A DNA stretch of 32,000 nucleotides from Nostoc punctiforme PCC 73102 (GTDB lineage: Bacteria > Cyanobacteriota > Cyanobacteriia > Cyanobacteriales > Nostocaceae), in assembly GCF_000020025.1 (NCBI RefSeq), contig NC_010628.1, positions 6,180,001 through 6,212,000 on the forward strand, given 5' to 3'. Position 1 is the first letter of the stretch, and each line of letters starts with the position of its first letter. The notes below the pieces were generated by a model that was not told the DNA's origin, did not search any database, and was given only the letters and a program-made list of their open reading frames with translations. Shown piece by piece: positions 1 through 9,083 of this stretch. The position numbers were made by a program, and so were the translations under genes.

Positions 1-1088
<1,088 letters not shown>

Positions 1089-1128
1089 AAACTTGAAATT
1101 TCGCGTCTCTATTAAAATGTAAAAAGTA

Positions 1129-1166
1129 AAAAGGCAAAAGAAATTTTCTTTTGCCTTTTTATTTTG
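1129..1166. terminator. Rho-independent terminator hairpin, plausibly bidirectional, between convergent rpoC2 and the Uma2-like gene
   Basis: A perfect 12-bp stem, AAAAGGCAAAAG (1129-1140) with CTTTTGCCTTTT (1148-1159), and a 7-nt loop. T-rich runs follow the stem on both strands. Confidence 0.75.
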
Positions 1167-1234
1167 CTTTATAAAAACACATTTTTAAATCCTCAATGTT
1201 CTGGTTTCTGGCTTTTAAGCTAGTAGTCAGTCAA

Positions 1235-1807
1235 TTACAGCGATTCAAAAGTAACATCCTCATAGAAATCTGCAACAGCACACCGAAAATCCACACTTGC
1301 CAGATGAATTATATCTTCTTTTCCATAAGGATAAAGTACCCATTGGCTCTCTGGGTTACGGCGAAAACACTCAACATTTAATCGAGTTTGACTTATAAGT
1401 ACATATTCCTGAAGTGATTCCATCTGTCGGTAGTCAGCAAATTTATCACCTCGGTCAAAGGCTTCTGTTGTCGGAGATAGTACTTCTACAATTAAGCAGG
1501 GATAACGCAGAAAGTTGTTAAAAGCTCTATCTCGTTGGTCACAACTTACTGTAACATCGGGATAGTAATAGACATTAATCGACTCAATATGTACTTTAGT
1601 GTCTGAGATATAAGCCTGACAACCACTCCCGCGCAAATGATTTCTTAGCATTGAAGCAATATTAAGAGAAATAATGACATGAGCATTACTTGCTCCTGCC
1701 ATTGCATAAACCTGTCCCTGTCTATATTCATGCTTTATAGGACTAGTTTCTTCTCCTTTGAGATAATCTTCTGGAGAAATATAGCTAGAATTTGGAGTTG
1801 CAACCAT
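1235..1807 (-). CDS. Uma2 family (DUF820) restriction-endonuclease-fold protein
   Basis: The 190-aa ORF has the pattern typical of this cyanobacteria-expanded family: SPEDYL..E....KHEY..G.V..MAG, YYPDV.V, LIVEVLSP.T...DRGDKF..Y......EYVLI. Confidence 0.85.
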   Translation of the reverse strand: MVATPNSSYISPEDYLKGEETSPIKHEYRQGQVYAMAGASNAHVIISLNIASMLRNHLRGSGCQAYISDTKVHIESINVYYYPDVTVSCDQRDRAFNNFLRYPCLIVEVLSPTTEAFDRGDKFADYRQMESLQEYVLISQTRLNVECFRRNPESQWVLYPYGKEDIIHLASVDFRCAVADFYEDVTFESL

Positions 1808-2071
1808 CTGTAATGACCTTGTGTGATGTCTTATATCTAGTTTAAAAGAAGCTTGACGGCTAAATTATTAAGCCAGAGTTGTCAGAAATTGCTAGTGTAT
1901 CCATATATTTGCATAACTTATTTTAGGAAGCTTTAGGAGAAATTAACAAAATTTAAGTTGCATAATCAGGGCGGGCAGGATGCCCACCCCACAAGATATT
2001 GAGAAAATTTTAATATGCAAATTAGATGTTTTTTAAGTAGGTTGGCGCAATTAAAGCTAATTGGCAAGGGC

Positions 2072-2102
2072 TGTCATTTGTCCTTTGTCATTGGTCATTA
2101 GG
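2072..2102. repeat. Short heptamer (STRR-type) block of the GTCATTG / CTTTGTC family
   Basis: TGTCATTTGTCCTTTGTCATTGGTCATTAGG. The same heptamer family recurs at 4811-4899, 16302-16373, 27932-27999, 28734-28759 and 31261-31279. Confidence 0.7.
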
Positions 2103-2214
2103 AATTTAAGACTATTTACGTTCCGTAACATAATTTGGTTTATTTCTACCAACTTACTTAGTTTAATAGGTAATTGGTAATTGGAGGAAAGCTATACCAA
2201 TTACCCATCATTTA

Positions 2215-3606
2215 TTACCGACTTTCTGCCTGAGTTGACACTGTTAATACTTGCGGTGGTGTGGCATCTGGTGGATAGAGAAAGTCTACTTCTACTAATG
2301 AGCGATCGCCAGCTTTCATATTTAATGAAACTAAGGGTTCTCCTGGTTGACCTCTCTTTTGTACTAAATGCACAAACTGAGTTTGCGGCTGATTTTGCTC
2401 ATCTTTGTAACGTACCCGCACTGTCCCTCGGAAGAATACTTCACGGGCTGGTGTACTCAGAAAGCGTAACCCTGGTTTGACTAACTGATTCTCCTTCAGT
2501 GGGGTTTGTATGGACACACTGACAGTTTGAGGACTTTGAGTATTGTTGTATAACGGCAACTTGAGATTATATTGAATTCCATAGTTGCCATGAGCGCGAT
2601 ATGCGGTGTCAGGATAGCGCACCAGCATAGTAGCACTTTGAATTTGACCAGTTCCTAATGTACCGCCATGCAGGGTACTCAGGGCGTAGGAAAACACTTG
2701 ACCAGGCTGGGGAATAGTTAGATACCTAGCTTTAGGATTGTCTACTAATAAGGCTCTCCATCGTGAACCACTGGCCACTCCAGCAACACGCCCATAAATT
2801 CTTGGCTTGCCAGTTTCCTCTAGGGGAGTGGGCGCTTTATCCCGTGACCCAGCCAAATCACCATTATCTAGTAAATTCTGCCACTCTTCTAAAGTAGGCG
2901 ATCGCTCACTGCCATCAGGATTCACCCGTGCAAACATCGCTAGGCTAGCTGCATAGACGGTGCCATTACTTTGCAATCGGATCAATGTCGAACGACCATT
3001 CAGAGGTGGTGTCAATCCCTGCACAGGAATTGGTAAATTTAGTAACATCCGACTTTGCTTTGCTGGAATCTCAATTTGGGCAGGGAAAATCTCTTGTCGT
3101 CGTCCCCGCAGTACATCAGACATGACGCGATCGCCTGGGCCAGCAAAAATTGTCCCTAAAGGATTTTGGCTAAAAGATGGTAATTGAATAAATGGTGCAT
3201 CCGGTTGACTCAAATAACTCGCCGCTTGCCAAATATTCACCTTTACTGCTTCCGAACTAGGGTTGTGCAAAATTATCCCTAAATAGAGCGAGCGCAAATT
3301 CTCTGATGGTTCAGCCCTAGCAACGTGATGGGCAAAAATATCAAATCGTCCCCGAAAGGGAAAATTCAGATGCGCTGTTGGCACTTTTTTGCCATCTGGT
3401 GGAAAAGTGGAGAGTAAAATTCCTTCTTGCAACACCAATTCTGGACTATTACTGTTAAAAGTTGGCACTGTATCCAATTGACCTGGTAAAGGACGTACTT
3501 CTTGTGTTTGTACGACTTCTTCAGGTGGTGGTGTCGCAGGAGTTGATTGAGCAATTGGGAAAATTAGTAACAATGGCAACATATACTTAGATATTTCTTT
3601 CACCAT
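2215..3606 (-). CDS. Secreted conserved cyanobacterial protein of unknown function (from memory a DUF3370-type family; unverified)
   Basis: A 463-aa ORF with an N-terminal signal-like segment (YMLPLLLIFPIAQS) and a long non-repetitive body. It has coherent codon usage, and its antisense ORFs are short. No catalytic motif recognised. Confidence 0.8.
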   Translation of the reverse strand: MVKEISKYMLPLLLIFPIAQSTPATPPPEEVVQTQEVRPLPGQLDTVPTFNSNSPELVLQEGILLSTFPPDGKKVPTAHLNFPFRGRFDIFAHHVARAEPSENLRSLYLGIILHNPSSEAVKVNIWQAASYLSQPDAPFIQLPSFSQNPLGTIFAGPGDRVMSDVLRGRRQEIFPAQIEIPAKQSRMLLNLPIPVQGLTPPLNGRSTLIRLQSNGTVYAASLAMFARVNPDGSERSPTLEEWQNLLDNGDLAGSRDKAPTPLEETGKPRIYGRVAGVASGSRWRALLVDNPKARYLTIPQPGQVFSYALSTLHGGTLGTGQIQSATMLVRYPDTAYRAHGNYGIQYNLKLPLYNNTQSPQTVSVSIQTPLKENQLVKPGLRFLSTPAREVFFRGTVRVRYKDEQNQPQTQFVHLVQKRGQPGEPLVSLNMKAGDRSLVEVDFLYPPDATPPQVLTVSTQAESR

Positions 3607-4174
3607 ACAGACATTAACAAATTGATGAAAGTGCCAGTTTGTTAATAATTAATACGAAATCTGCAAGAATTTCCATCAATTTTTTTTGATTTAGAACCGG
3701 AATGTGAGTAAAAAGACAACGGATCGTAAGTTGATTTTGGTCTAAGTAGTCCAAGCCTAAATAGTAAAAACAAATTGACCACAGTCGTGGCTAATCTGAA
3801 TTGATGCTTCTTTCGCCACTAATTTTTCTATATCAACTCCTAATTTCTCCACAGCTAGCAAATGCTTCCACACTTAATTGTGTAAGGATTGCAGCCTGCT
3901 CACAACAGATGATGTCTTCAGGTTGAATTGCATTGATTTTTTCCATTACCTGAGTATTGGCAAGTTGGACATCTACGGGTAACTGGCGTAAAAAACTCAA
4001 GTCATCTGGTATCAGATCGAGTTTGGTAACTTCAAGTAATAAATCATCAGAAGAATTTTGACTGTCGATCTTTTAGGCAAATGTCAAAAGAAGTTAATAG
4101 AATTCTTTTCTTCATAACAAATATTATTTAGAATAGAAAAACCCTCCATTAATCAATTTACAAGGAGCAGGTAA

Positions 4175-4810
4175 ATGCCAGTAATTGCGGTCGTAGACTA
4201 CGAGATGGGAAATTTGCACTCAGTCTGTAAAGGGTTGGAAAAAGCTGGGGCAACTCCTAATGTTACTTATTCTCCAAAGGAATTAGAGCAGGCAGATGCA
4301 ATAGTTCTGCCAGGAGTGGGAGCATTTGATCCAGCAGTACAACACCTGCGAGCGCGTGGTTTGGAACAACCTATTAAAGATGCGATCGCATCTGGTAAAC
4401 CTTTTTTGGGAATTTGTTTAGGATTGCAAATTCTCTTTGAATCAAGTGCAGAAGGTACCCAACCAGGACTAGGAATTATCAAAGGAAAAGTGCGCCGATT
4501 TCGTCCAGAACCTGACATCACTATTCCTCACATGGGTTGGAATCAGCTGGAAATGACTCAGGCAAAAAGTATTTTGTGGGAGCATTTGCCGTCCGATCCT
4601 TGGGTATATTTTGTCCATTCTTACTATGTTGACCCAATAGACCCGCTAATCCGTGCAGCAACCATCACCCACGGTACTCAAACCGTCACAGCTGCGATCG
4701 CTCACGAAAATCTGATGGCAGTTCAATTTCACCCCGAAAAATCATCTAATATTGGATTGCAAATCTTGTCTAATTTTGTTGCTCAAGTCCGTGAAAAAAT
4801 TCCTGCCTAA
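4175..4810 (+). CDS. hisH: Imidazole glycerol phosphate synthase, glutamine amidotransferase subunit HisH
   Basis: The N-terminus MPVIAVVDYEMGNLHSV, the nucleophile elbow GICLGLQ and the C-terminal FHPEKS are class I GATase / HisH hallmarks. AAGGAG lies 7 nt upstream of the ATG. Confidence 0.95.
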   Translation: MPVIAVVDYEMGNLHSVCKGLEKAGATPNVTYSPKELEQADAIVLPGVGAFDPAVQHLRARGLEQPIKDAIASGKPFLGICLGLQILFESSAEGTQPGLGIIKGKVRRFRPEPDITIPHMGWNQLEMTQAKSILWEHLPSDPWVYFVHSYYVDPIDPLIRAATITHGTQTVTAAIAHENLMAVQFHPEKSSNIGLQILSNFVAQVREKIPA

Positions 4811-4899
4811 TCTATTTTTGTCATTTGTTCTTTGTCCTTTGTCTAAAATTAATGACCAATGACTAATGACTAATGACCAATGACTAATAACCAATGAGC
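4811..4899. repeat. Heptamer-repeat hairpin element filling the hisH-rsmD spacer
   Basis: The left half is GTCATTTGTTCTTTGTCCTTTGTC. The right half is seven heptamers, AATGACC/AATGACT x5, AATAACC, AATGAGC (4851-4899). The halves are imperfectly complementary. The last heptamer supplies the rsmD ATG (4894). Confidence 0.85.
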
Positions 4900-5442
4900 C
4901 TGAGAATTTACGGTAATCGCCAGCTAAAAACTTTACCAGGAAAAGAAACTAGACCTACCAGTGCGCGGGTAAGAGAGGCAGTCTTTAATATTTGGCAGGG
5001 AGAAATTGCAGGTTGTCGCTGGCTAGATTTGTGCGCCGGTACTGGTTCAATGGGCGCAGAGGCTTTGTGTAGAGGAGCTAGCCTAGCAGTGGGAATTGAA
5101 CAATCCAGCCGAGCCTGTGCCACCATCCAACAAAATTGGCAGCAGGTAGCTAATGCCGACGAGCAAGAATTTCGGGTATTGCGGGGAGATATTACGCAGC
5201 AGTTAAAGACTTTATCAGGCAAGCAATTCGATAGAATTTACTTTGATCCACCTTATGCCAGTGGATTGTTCCAACCAGTATTAGAAGCGATCGCTCACTA
5301 TCAACTTTTAGATCCTAGTGGCGAAATCGCAGTTGAACACGCCTCACAAGGTTGGACACCGCCAGAGATTCCCTCTTGGGAAATTTGCCGCGAGAAGGTT
5401 TACGGCAACACATCACTTACTTTCTACAGAATTGTGCAATGA
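4894..5442 (+). CDS. rsmD: 16S rRNA (guanine966-N2)-methyltransferase RsmD
   Basis: A 182-aa ORF with LDLCAGTGSMGAEAL (SAM-binding motif I) and the FDPPY motif, at the typical RsmD length. Confidence 0.9.
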   Translation: MSLRIYGNRQLKTLPGKETRPTSARVREAVFNIWQGEIAGCRWLDLCAGTGSMGAEALCRGASLAVGIEQSSRACATIQQNWQQVANADEQEFRVLRGDITQQLKTLSGKQFDRIYFDPPYASGLFQPVLEAIAHYQLLDPSGEIAVEHASQGWTPPEIPSWEICREKVYGNTSLTFYRIVQ

Positions 5443-5563
5443 GACGATAAGGAAGTGGAAAAGATAAGGGAGAGAGGGGAGAAAAATTGCTTCTTTGTCC
5501 TCCATAGTCCCCTTGTCTCCCCTACTCAGCACGGGCTAAATGCCCCGCTACAGCTAACAAAAC

Positions 5564-5677
5564 TCAACCGCCCAACTGATTGGGGCGCTTGTATTGCTTA
5601 TAGGCAGCGTAAAACAGTCCGGCGAGGGTGACGAAAACTAGACCAAGGACAATACCTGATAGCAGGGGTTCAACCAC
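5564..5677 (-). CDS. petG: Cytochrome b6f complex subunit 5 (PetG)
   Basis: Too short for the ORF track. The minus strand from GTG (5675-5677) reads [37 protein letters not shown]-stop (TGA at 5564-5566), 37 codons. This is near-identical to PetG as I remember it. GAGGAG lies 7 nt upstream of the GTG. Confidence 0.9.
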   Translation of the reverse strand: MVEPLLSGIVLGLVFVTLAGLFYAAYKQYKRPNQLGG

Positions 5678-5887
5678 TGGAAATCTCCTCTTTGTAATGA
5701 TTAAATATTCGTTGCCTGTTTTTGATTTTACCAAATTTAGTATGAATCCTGCGTCCTATAGACTTTTTGAAGAGCAACTGCTCAGAAAAAAATAGTCTTC
5801 TGTGCTTGCAGACACGATCAAGAACTTTTAAGCTATGTGTAGGAAAAGAAAACTTTTTAGCACACCTAGACTTTCACCGCAAACCTT

Positions 5888-6262
5888 TTGGATAACCAGA
5901 TTACCAAACCTGAAATTTTGATTCAGCGCATCGTTTTATTGACGCTGGCCATACTGCTATCAGTCCCTTTGGGCTTTTTTGGTATTCAGTTGGTTCAAGC
6001 CTCCGATCCTTATGTCAAGAGTGTTTTATCTCTAACAGGAAACCCAGTTCAAGGACACGCGATCTTTCAAATTAACTGTGCTGGTTGTCATGGTTTGGAA
6101 GCAGACGGGCGAGTAGGGCCAAGTTTGCAAGCTGTTTCCAAGCATAAGTCTCAATATGGATTGATTCACCAGGTAATCAGTGGTGAAACCCCGCCAATGC
6201 CAAAATTCCAGCCTAGCACCCAAGAAATGGCCGATCTTTTGAGCTATTTAGAGTCGTTGTAG
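5888..6262 (+). CDS. Membrane-anchored mono-haem c-type cytochrome, CytM-like
   Basis: A 124-aa ORF with a TTG start. It has an N-terminal hydrophobic anchor (IVLLTLAILLSVPLGFFGI), the haem-binding CAGCH motif and a downstream PPMP segment (candidate Met ligand). The overall layout resembles cyanobacterial cytochrome cM. The start codon is uncertain. Confidence 0.8.
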   Translation: MDNQITKPEILIQRIVLLTLAILLSVPLGFFGIQLVQASDPYVKSVLSLTGNPVQGHAIFQINCAGCHGLEADGRVGPSLQAVSKHKSQYGLIHQVISGETPPMPKFQPSTQEMADLLSYLESL

Positions 6263-6463
6263 ACGTTAAATTTTTCGGGTTGCGGGATACGTACAGCAGA
6301 TTTCAAGTTGGGTATTGTATACAAGCTAAGTTTCAAAGCCAGGAATAAAGCGTGTTTTACTTCCGTTAGCGTAGCCCATTCTGAATTATGACTCTTAAAT
6401 TCTGTTGTAAATCCCTTATGGAAAAAGGCAATACATCAAAATGTTACCTTTTTCGATCTTAGA

Positions 6464-6600
6464 ACTTACGCAAAACAACACGTGGTAGGGGCAATACCCT
6501 GCGGGAAGCCTCTTCTCTTCTCTACGAGACGCTCCGCGAATGCATCTACATGAATTGCCCCTACCGGAGAATAAAGATTTGGGCTATTTTTTGCGTAAGT
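6464..6600. repeat. MITE-like nested-palindrome element
   Basis: The outer inverted repeat is ACTTACGCAAAA (6464-6475) with TTTTGCGTAAGT (6589-6600). The inner inverted repeat is GGTAGGGGCAAT (6484-6495) with ATTGCCCCTACC (6554-6565). The core carries the CTACGAGACGCTCCGCGAATGC motif, related to other small repeats in this window. Confidence 0.7.
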
Positions 6601-6620
6601 CCTGGATCTCAGAAAACTTG

Positions 6621-6762
6621 TAAGTAGGAAGGCTAAATTAAAGCTTACCTAGATTGGTGGGTTTCGACTCCGCTTAACCCTCGTCTTCTCAGAAATCAGA
6701 GCATTGAGCGTCTCGCAGAGAAGTCGAAATGCGTCTTACAAATAATTGCAACTTCCTACTTA
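6621..6762. repeat. Second MITE-like palindromic element, directly adjacent to the first
   Basis: The terminal inverted repeat is TAAGTAGGAAG (6621-6631) with CTTCCTACTTA (6752-6762). The interior holds TTTCGACTCCGC ... GAGAAGTCGAAA imperfect inverted segments. Confidence 0.6.
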
Positions 6763-6769
6763 ACAAATG

Positions 6770-7471
6770 TTATCGATCTATATTTCCAGAAGCGATCGCA
6801 TCTAATTTCTTAGGATCGAGTATGATAATCGTCCCACCACGACGATAGCCAATTACTGACTTGAGACTTTTAATTAACCGCACACATTCTTCGTAAGTAA
6901 TCCCACTGCTGCGAGCCATGCGATAATAAGACAATTTGACCTTTAAACACTCGCCTTGTGGACTTAATTCAGTTCCTGATTCGGCAGCAAAATATTGAAT
7001 TAATTTGGCAAGGCGAACAATAGCTCTTTCAGAAACTAATCCGTGGACTGTCTCATGTAATTGCTGAATCCGACTGTTAAACACCATCAGCATTCGTAAT
7101 GCAATTTCAGGGTTTTGTCCAATAGCTTTTAATAAAGCATCTCTCTCTATAGTGATAATTTCACAATCAGATTCAGCAGTTACGGTTGCTGGGGAAATTC
7201 CATTGCCTAATAAAGCAGGAGCCGCAAAAATTTCCCCAGCCGCTAAGATGCGGAGAATCGTTTCTTTCCCCGTCATTGCTATTTTGGTAACTTGAATTTC
7301 TCCACTGGCAACAGCATAGAGTTTTGTTGGTAAGACATCACCCTCATGGAGAATAATCTCTCCTTTGCGATGGCGTTGCACCTGAGTGTAAGGTTGCAAA
7401 TTTACTTTGTCTGCTGTTTCTAAACCTGCAAACACAGTAATTTGCGAAAGTTGTTCCAGGGATGCCTGCAT
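6770..7471 (-). CDS. Crp/Fnr family transcriptional regulator (cNMP-binding-like domain plus C-terminal HTH)
   Basis: It has a beta-roll effector domain (GEIILHEGD ... LYAVASGEIQV ... GKETILRIL..GEIFA) and a C-terminal HTH region (ARSSGITYEECVRLIKSLK). I chose the ATG at 7471 (MQASLEQL...), 2 nt after the amidase stop. The ORF track's upstream ATG at 7513 would overlap the amidase by 40 nt. Confidence 0.88.
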   Translation of the reverse strand: MQASLEQLSQITVFAGLETADKVNLQPYTQVQRHRKGEIILHEGDVLPTKLYAVASGEIQVTKIAMTGKETILRILAAGEIFAAPALLGNGISPATVTAESDCEIITIERDALLKAIGQNPEIALRMLMVFNSRIQQLHETVHGLVSERAIVRLAKLIQYFAAESGTELSPQGECLKVKLSYYRMARSSGITYEECVRLIKSLKSVIGYRRGGTIIILDPKKLDAIASGNIDR

Positions 7472-7473
7472 GA

Positions 7474-8877
7474 TTAGCCTGATATCGCAAAGGCTGGACG
7501 ATGATGAATCCAAGGGTTAGCTGCTTCTAATTGTGCTGCTAGGTTGATGAGGGTAGCTTCAGCCGCAGGTTTACCAATTAGTTGCACACTTATGGGTAAA
7601 CCCTTACTATCAAAACCTACAGGAATTGCGATCGCAGGTTGTCCAGTTGCATTCGCAGGCGGACAAGGGGCAATCCACTCAATAATATTTTGGAATGTCT
7701 CTTCTGGACTCAGCGAAGCCCATTCTCCAACGCGGATAGGTGAATGGAGATAAACTGGCAATACCAGCACATCCACGGTATCGAAAAACGCCACAATTTG
7801 CCGCGCCACAACTTGCATTTGAGAAACCGCTTGGAGGTATTGGGCAACAGAACCTGTACGTGCAAATAGCCAACGATTTAATGGCTGCAACGCTTCAACA
7901 GGAAGCCCTGACGCAGCTACTCCAGCTTGCCAAACGATTTGAAATGGTTCAACTAAACCGCTAAAATCAGGGGATCTCTGTTCAACGTGGTGGCCGAGTT
8001 GTTCTAATAACTGGACTGTTTGACGGACACCTTGCTGACAGTTGGCATCAGCTTCTCCCAAAGGAGAAATATTAGTATCAAAGGCAATTCGCAAAGCACC
8101 CAATTTTGTCTGAGTGGCAGCGAGAAATGATGGTTCGGGATCTGGCAACCAGTAAGGATCGCCTGTGACATAGCCAGATATAGTATCCAATACGGCAGCA
8201 GCATCAGCCACAGTCCGGGCAATGGGGCCGTTGACGGCAATTCCAGCGAGGCGTTCGCCTACGGGTGCTTTACTCACTCTACCCCTGGATGGTTTGAGTC
8301 CCACCAAACCACAACAAGCCGCAGGGCCACGAATTGAACCACCGCCATCAGAACCTTGAGCGATCGCACATAATCCTGCTGCTACTGCTGCCGCTGCGCC
8401 ACCACTGGAACCGCCAGGGGTGTATTCTAAATTCCACGGATTTCTCGCCGGAGGAAAAGCCGTAGGTTCACTGTATGGAAATGAACCTAATTCAGAAGTG
8501 GCTGTTTTACCAAGAATAGTAAACCCAGCTTGCTTAATCCGCGTTACAACACCATCATCATAGTTAGGGATATTGTTGAGTAATGCTGGATTTCCATAAG
8601 TACAGGTAACATCAGCCACAGCATTGAGGTCTTTAATGGAAATTGGCACACCAAAAAATGGCGGTAGTTCTGAGGTAGTTGTCAATAATTCTGTTTTGGC
8701 TTTGGCATCTGCGATCGCTAGTTCTGCCGTCACCGTAAAATAACTTCCTAATTGGGGATTTAATTGCTCAATCCGTTCTAAATATATTTCTACCAACTCT
8801 AGGGGGGATACTTCCCGGCGACGAATTAATTGCGCCAACTCTAGTGCTGGGGTAAATGCTAAATCAACTTCATTCAT
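7474..8877 (-). CDS. Amidase-signature (AS) family amidase
   Basis: A 467-aa ORF with the AS signature: IKDL (Lys), GGSSGGAAAAVAAG and GSDGGGSIRGPAA (Ser-cisSer-Lys triad context). The substrate cannot be inferred. Confidence 0.9.
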   Translation of the reverse strand: MNEVDLAFTPALELAQLIRRREVSPLELVEIYLERIEQLNPQLGSYFTVTAELAIADAKAKTELLTTTSELPPFFGVPISIKDLNAVADVTCTYGNPALLNNIPNYDDGVVTRIKQAGFTILGKTATSELGSFPYSEPTAFPPARNPWNLEYTPGGSSGGAAAAVAAGLCAIAQGSDGGGSIRGPAACCGLVGLKPSRGRVSKAPVGERLAGIAVNGPIARTVADAAAVLDTISGYVTGDPYWLPDPEPSFLAATQTKLGALRIAFDTNISPLGEADANCQQGVRQTVQLLEQLGHHVEQRSPDFSGLVEPFQIVWQAGVAASGLPVEALQPLNRWLFARTGSVAQYLQAVSQMQVVARQIVAFFDTVDVLVLPVYLHSPIRVGEWASLSPEETFQNIIEWIAPCPPANATGQPAIAIPVGFDSKGLPISVQLIGKPAAEATLINLAAQLEAANPWIHHRPAFAISG

Positions 8878-9083
8878 AGGTTAGTGAATGGGTAATTTTG
8901 TCTTTCTCTGGGATTTTTAAACTGAAATTGTTACTTTACCAGGATTTACGGGAATTATACATTTTATAGATCCTAAGATTTGTCACTCAACTAGAATGCT
9001 TAGTTTAGATGTGTGGTTATGTTCTTACTCCAGCTATTTTAATTGTTTCGCATAAACTTTCGACAAATCCCTAAGAGGTATTT

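Noticed and set aside
1196-1381. 61-aa plus-strand ORF overlapping the Uma2-like gene
   Set aside because: It is antisense to a well-supported CDS and starts within the terminator region. No motif is recognisable.
2181-3554. ORFs 2181..2480 (+), 2960..3187 (+) and 3366..3554 (-) overlapping the 463-aa secreted protein gene
   Set aside because: They are shadow frames of the long minus-strand CDS. They are short, with no independent signals.
4267-5222. Antisense ORFs 4267..4521 and 4908..5222 within hisH and rsmD
   Set aside because: They are opposite well-supported conserved genes. The Arg/Pro/Ser/Cys-rich translations are typical of antisense frames.
6658-6672. tRNA T-arm-like string GGGTTTCGACTCCGC
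   Set aside because: No complementary T-stem, acceptor stem or anticodon arm can be built around it. It belongs to the interior of the palindromic repeat element at 6621-6762.
7472-7513. 14-codon N-terminal extension of the Crp-family gene (MDSSSSSLCDIRLI)
   Set aside because: It would overlap the amidase 3' end by 40 nt. The internal ATG at 7471 follows the amidase stop by 2 nt and gives a typical family length. This is unresolved without homologue alignment.
7544-8240. ORFs 7544..7753, 7679..7873, 7740..7964 and 8004..8240 overlapping the amidase gene
   Set aside because: They are alternative or antisense frames of a CDS with a clear amidase signature. No independent support.
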